Made by a program: the position numbers and the translations under genes
Notes under the pieces: model-generated
Told to the model about the DNA's origin: nothing
The model's database searches: none
Seen by the model: only the letters and a program-made list of their open reading frames with translations
From: Actinomycetota bacterium
GTDB lineage: Bacteria; Actinomycetota; Thermoleophilia; UBA2241
Direction: 5' to 3'
DNA length: 43,006 nucleotides
Assembly: GCA_036788155.1 (NCBI GenBank)
Contig: DAIQNY010000002.1
Location: 1 to 43,006 of the forward strand
Shown here: piece after piece, positions 39,753 through 43,006 of the stretch
Layout: each line of letters begins with the position of its first letter
How positions within the stretch are numbered: position 1 is the stretch's first letter

Positions 39753-40466
39753 TCATCGGGCAGCGACCTGGATGACGCTCACGGCCGCCGTCATGGCCGA
39801 CCCTGCGTCGCTGTTGGTGAGTCCGATGTAGGCGTAAGGCACGCCGTCGACCCACTGCTCATAGACAGCTCCCGCGGTCGCTGAGTTGTCGGCGACGCCG
39901 GTCGTGGCCGCCCCGTCCTTGATGAGCCCCGCCAGCGTCGTGGTCGCGAAGGCGATCTCGTTGGTGGCAGAGGTGCCCTGGTTGAAGAGCAGCACCGGGG
40001 CGTCGCCGATGTCGATTGTGATGACGTCGGTTGCGTCGACGGCCGCGGCGGTCGCTCCGCCCAGGCCGGGCACGCCGTAGGTGTCGTCGGCCAGCAGTGC
40101 CGCGAGGTTCACGGCAGCTGCGGCGTTGTTCTCCCCGATCCAGAACTTGCGCGAGGCCGCGGCGGCGTCACCCTCAGTCGCCTCTGCCGTGTACGTCTCG
40201 CCGTTGAGCTCGAACGTGTCGCCGTCGTCGACGGCGGTCGCATCCGCGAGCGTGATCGTGTAGGCGTCGGCCTTCTCGAAGGCGAGGTAGGTCTGTACGG
40301 CGTGGGCCTTGTTGCCCTCGACGATCCACTTGAGCAGGTTCGTCCCTGGCGCGACGTCGCAGCGCACGTACATCACACCGGAGGCCGGGATGGTGCCGAT
40401 CTTGCCGAGCCCGCCGTCAGACCCGGAGGCGGCGGCGAGCACCTGGCGGACAGGGCGCTGCATCAC
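39753..40466 (-). CDS. Capsid-proximal structural protein (237 aa), Thr/Ala/Gly-rich
   Basis: GTG/ATG start overlapping the 58-aa ORF stop. No family recognised. Confidence 0.55.
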   Translation of the reverse strand: MMQRPVRQVLAAASGSDGGLGKIGTIPASGVMYVRCDVAPGTNLLKWIVEGNKAHAVQTYLAFEKADAYTITLADATAVDDGDTFELNGETYTAEATEGDAAAASRKFWIGENNAAAAVNLAALLADDTYGVPGLGGATAAAVDATDVITIDIGDAPVLLFNQGTSATNEIAFATTTLAGLIKDGAATTGVADNSATAGAVYEQWVDGVPYAYIGLTNSDAGSAMTAAVSVIQVAAR

Positions 40467-40639
40467 TTCACCGCCTTCGTCCGGGCCTTGCGCGGCTCAC
40501 GCGGCTTGGGGTCGACCCACTCCACGGCGCCGACTGCCTCCATGTCGGCGAGTTCGCCCTTGGCGCCGGGCACGAACTCGCCGCGCTTGTAGCGCCGCTC
40601 TCCAGCGTGGACCTCGCCGTTTGTCACGATGTACGGCAT
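40463..40639 (-). CDS. Small protein (58 aa, MPYIVTNGEVHAGERRYKRGEF...)
   Basis: Read from sequence; below the ORF-track cutoff. Coordinates are set relative to neighbouring track ORFs and may be off by one. Confidence 0.45.
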   Translation of the reverse strand: MPYIVTNGEVHAGERRYKRGEFVPGAKGELADMEAVGAVEWVDPKPREPRKARTKAVK

Positions 40640-40646
40640 GTCAGCC

Positions 40647-41324
40647 TCACTTGTCGCCCAGGTTGATCCACGTGAGGGTCACGGTGCCGGTGATCGTGCC
40701 GGTGCCGGCCGTGTGGGTGGCGGAGTCGTCCACCACGAGGTTGAGGTAGCAGTCCTTCGCGGTCGCGGTACCGTCGAACCAGCGGGCGCCGGACTCGGTG
40801 AGCGCGGTGGCCACGGGCACGGCGTCGATGACGGCGACCTTCGCGGTCGCAGCCGCGACGTCGACCTCGGGCAGGATGTCGGCCTCGGTGCTGGTCAGGG
40901 TCGCGCCGGTGGTGGCGGTCGCCGTACCGAGCGCGACGCCGCCCGCCCAGGTGTCCGTGATCGTGCCGGTGGCGCCGAGCGTCACCGCGGCGTCGATGAC
41001 GGCGCCGAGCGTTATGATGGCGCCGGCCGGGAAGTCGTAGATCTTGACGCCGCCGTACTGGGCGACGTCCGCGTCGTCGGCGATGGTGATCGGCGTGGCC
41101 GCCAGCGTCAGCACCGTCTGGTGGATGACGTTGTCACCGTACTCGACCGCCGTGACGGTGGCGCCGGTCTTGGCGCCGACGCCGGAGTCGGTGATGCCGT
41201 CGGCGAGGTTGTTGAGCTCGGCCGCGGTGGCGGTGATCTCGGTGCCGAGGCCGCTGCCGAGGTAGAGCTCGTTCGCGTGGACCCGCTTGATGAGGGCCGC
41301 GAGGTTGAGCTTCCAGATCTTCAT
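40647..41324 (-). CDS. Capsid-proximal structural protein (225 aa), Thr/Ala/Gly-rich with AAELNNLADGIT motif
   Basis: ATG 41324 with AAGGAGAG SD just after the post-capsid hairpin. Confidence 0.6.
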   Translation of the reverse strand: MKIWKLNLAALIKRVHANELYLGSGLGTEITATAAELNNLADGITDSGVGAKTGATVTAVEYGDNVIHQTVLTLAATPITIADDADVAQYGGVKIYDFPAGAIITLGAVIDAAVTLGATGTITDTWAGGVALGTATATTGATLTSTEADILPEVDVAAATAKVAVIDAVPVATALTESGARWFDGTATAKDCYLNLVVDDSATHTAGTGTITGTVTLTWINLGDK

Positions 41325-41340
41325 GTCTCTCCTTCCAGAA

Positions 41341-41379
41341 GCGCCGGCCCGGCCCGGTCAATGAGAGCCGGGCCGGCGC
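41341..41379 (-). terminator. 13-bp perfect GC hairpin directly after the major capsid gene
   Basis: gcgccggcccggc / gccgggccggcgc with a 13-nt loop. On the minus strand it is followed by TTCTGG and the next SD. Confidence 0.6.
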
Positions 41380-41388
41380 CAGTCAGTG

Positions 41389-42327
41389 TCAGCTGACCAC
41401 CGTGGAGTACAGGTAGGCCGAGTAGATCGAGACGACCTTCTCGTCCACGTAGTCGTCGCAGTACCACTTCCAGCCCTTGACGTCGTCGTCCCAGACGGGG
41501 CCGCGGACGGTGTAGCGCCCGCCGTCCACAGCGGTCCACGCGAACGACTTCATCGGGCAGATGGACTTGCTCATCGGGGCGGGGTCGATGTACGCGACCG
41601 AGGCGAACTTGCCCCAGATGTTGGTGAACGTGTCGGCCGCCGACTTGTAGACGGCGCGGCCCACGAGGATGCGGGCGACGCCGAGCGCCTGGGCGATCTG
41701 CGCCTCGGTCGGCATCGCCTCGGGGGCGTTCAGGCCGAACACGATCTTGCGGATGGCGGCGTGCTTCTGCAGGGCGCGGAAGCAGTCGTAACCCATGACC
41801 ACGGCGTTCGGCTCACGGCCGATCTTTCCGCGCACGGTCGCCTTGGCGTCGTCCACCTGGTCGACCGGATCGCTCGTGTCGACGTCCCAGCGGTTGGCGC
41901 CGGCGAGGGCCGCCGTCTGCGTGAAGGTCCCGGGCGCGAACATGATGTCGGCGACGCGCTTCTCGCGGGCGATCTTGAGGTTGTCGATGGGGATCTGCAG
42001 GGCGTCCTTCGCGGGGTCGACCTGCGGGTCGGCGTTGGCCATGTCCTCCTGCGGGACGACTGCCTTCAGGCCGTGGCCCTCACAGGCGTAGGTGCCGGTC
42101 GACTTGGCCCACTGGACCTCGCCGTACTGGCCGCCCGGGCCGCGGGCCGTCTCGACGAGCTCGTAGCCCTCGGCGCCGTGGACCCAGTAGTAGTCGGTCT
42201 TCTTCGCGACCGGGATGACCGGGGCCACGAGGTCTGCGATCAGGGCGTCGTCCTGGCGGGCGTACTCCTGTGCCCAGCCGGTGAGGGCGGCGTCGATGTG
42301 AAGGTCGGCGTGCTGCGTGCCTGACAT
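41389..42327 (-). CDS. Major capsid protein (HK97 fold, lambda E / Mu T-like family by pattern)
   Basis: 312 aa. Lies after the protease/scaffold and decoration genes. The VIPVAKKTDYYW...ARGPGGQYGEV...YACEGHGLKAVVPQEDMANAD pattern is typical of this capsid family. Confidence 0.8.
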   Translation of the reverse strand: MSGTQHADLHIDAALTGWAQEYARQDDALIADLVAPVIPVAKKTDYYWVHGAEGYELVETARGPGGQYGEVQWAKSTGTYACEGHGLKAVVPQEDMANADPQVDPAKDALQIPIDNLKIAREKRVADIMFAPGTFTQTAALAGANRWDVDTSDPVDQVDDAKATVRGKIGREPNAVVMGYDCFRALQKHAAIRKIVFGLNAPEAMPTEAQIAQALGVARILVGRAVYKSAADTFTNIWGKFASVAYIDPAPMSKSICPMKSFAWTAVDGGRYTVRGPVWDDDVKGWKWYCDDYVDEKVVSIYSAYLYSTVVS

Positions 42328-42342
42328 GTCAGCTCACTCCTC

Positions 42343-42732
42343 TCAGACGCTCAGGGTCTGCGGACAGACGTCCACGACGATGAGACCGGGGGTTGCGGAG
42401 GTGTAGGCCTCCCGAGCGAAGCCGACGATCCAGCCCTTGTCGACCGCCTGCTTGACGCCGTGGGCGCTGGCGTCGGCGTCGAGGCCGTCCATCACGTCGA
42501 TGTCGGTGGTGCCGTCGACGTACATGTAGCTCTGGCCGGCGGTGCGGACGATGGCCTGCTCGCCCGAGGCAGGCGCGTTCTGCAGGACGCCGATGGACTT
42601 GTCGTTCTCGTCGCTCGCCGCCACGGTCGTGGAGCTGGCGAGGTCGACCTGGTGGTACTGGAACTCAGAGAGGTCCTCGGCCGCGACGAAGGTCTCGTCA
42701 CGGTAGGGACCACGCGGGAGCACGGTGGCCAC
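42343..42732 (-). CDS. Head decoration/cement-like protein (DUF2190-like, 129 aa)
   Basis: GTG 42732 with AAGGAGG SD. Size, position before the capsid gene and the G.LQNAP..GE.A.V...G pattern fit DUF2190. Confidence 0.6.
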   Translation of the reverse strand: MATVLPRGPYRDETFVAAEDLSEFQYHQVDLASSTTVAASDENDKSIGVLQNAPASGEQAIVRTAGQSYMYVDGTTDIDVMDGLDADASAHGVKQAVDKGWIVGFAREAYTSATPGLIVVDVCPQTLSV

Positions 42733-42733
42733 G

Positions 42734-43006
42734 TCAGGCCTCCTTTCCGTATCGTTCGATGTGGACCCGCTTGGCGAGGTCCGGGTCCTCGGCGAGCACG
42801 AGCTGCTCGGCGGCGATGAGGTTCACGCCGTCCTTCTCGGCCCGGGCCGTGGTCTTCTCGGCCAGCGTCTGCACGGCCGACTTCTCCTCGTCGCCCTCGT
42901 CGCTCGAGCCGCGCTCGGAGAGGTCGATGACCTTGAGGCCCTTGCGGGCCGCGAGGAAGGCGTCGCGCTTGGCGTCGTCGTCGGCGAGCAGGGTCTCGCG
43001 CTCGGC
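42734..43006 (-). CDS. C-terminal part of the protease/scaffold ORF that starts at 934 and wraps through the junction
   Basis: In-phase continuation checked codon by codon through the 55-bp repeat. Ends ...AEDPDLAKRVHIERYGKEA then TGA 42736-42734. Confidence 0.8.
   Translation of the reverse strand, partial: AERETLLADDDAKRDAFLAARKGLKVIDLSERGSSDEGDEEKSAVQTLAEKTTARAEKDGVNLIAAEQLVLAEDPDLAKRVHIERYGKEA
42952..43006. repeat. 55-bp exact terminal direct repeat, copy 2
   Basis: Identical to 1-55. A minus-strand reading frame passes through the join without disruption. Confidence 0.95.

Noticed and set aside
1-43006. Diversity-generating retroelement, retron, toxin-antitoxin or other known defence/anti-defence cassette.
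   Set aside because: No reverse transcriptase motifs, no template/variable repeat pair and no recognisable toxin families were seen in any frame. The small unknown genes at 23380-24303 and in the early region remain uncharacterised rather than assigned.

Overview
The window is a complete, circularly closed phage genome. The first and last 55 nt are identical, giving a 42,951-bp unit. It is visibly GC-rich and uses many GTG/TTG starts, so a high-GC Gram-positive (actinobacterial) host is most plausible, by inference only. I count about 80 genes. All but two are on the minus strand, chained by ATGA/GTGA/TTGA/TGATG stop-start overlaps.

Reading the minus strand (descending coordinates):
- Early and DNA-metabolism genes, 22310 to 5850: exonuclease, two HNH endonucleases, a nucleoside deoxyribosyltransferase-like protein, a DNA methyltransferase, two ParB-superfamily proteins, a PD-(D/E)XK exonuclease, a replication organizer, VRR-NUC, and an integrase N-terminal remnant.
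- Packaging, 5754 to 3166: small HTH protein, TerS, TerL.
- Mu-like head module: portal-MuF fusion 3114-931; gpI-like protease/scaffold running 934 to 1 and wrapping to 42734; DUF2190-like decoration protein; major capsid protein; DUF1320-like adaptor; gpG-like morphogenesis protein.
- Siphovirus-type tail, 38174 to 28094: tube protein, two chaperone-like ORFs, a 734-aa tape measure, and seven unassigned tail genes.
- Lysis region, 28083 to 24303: tail-anchored membrane protein, beta-helix lipoprotein, Amidase_2 endolysin, LamG protein, membrane-anchored lytic transglycosylase.
- Small unknown genes, down to 23380.

The only plus-strand genes (22427-23371) sit behind a near-consensus TTGACT-16-TATAAT promoter in a short AT-rich control region.

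Most notable observations:
- An HNH endonuclease gene lies entirely inside, and out of frame with, a DNA methyltransferase ORF that stays uninterrupted.
- A tyrosine-integrase fragment is cut exactly at a 3 x 11-bp phased repeat.
- An iteron-like pentamer array plus an AT-rich patch sits in the linker of the replication organizer gene.
- The lysis region has predicted exported enzymes: a lipoprotein beta-helix, a signal-anchored transglycosylase, and possibly a Tat-like LamG protein.
- TerL has no canonical start codon near its conserved N-terminus.

No tRNA, CRISPR array or reverse transcriptase was seen. All family assignments come from motif recognition by eye and need database confirmation.
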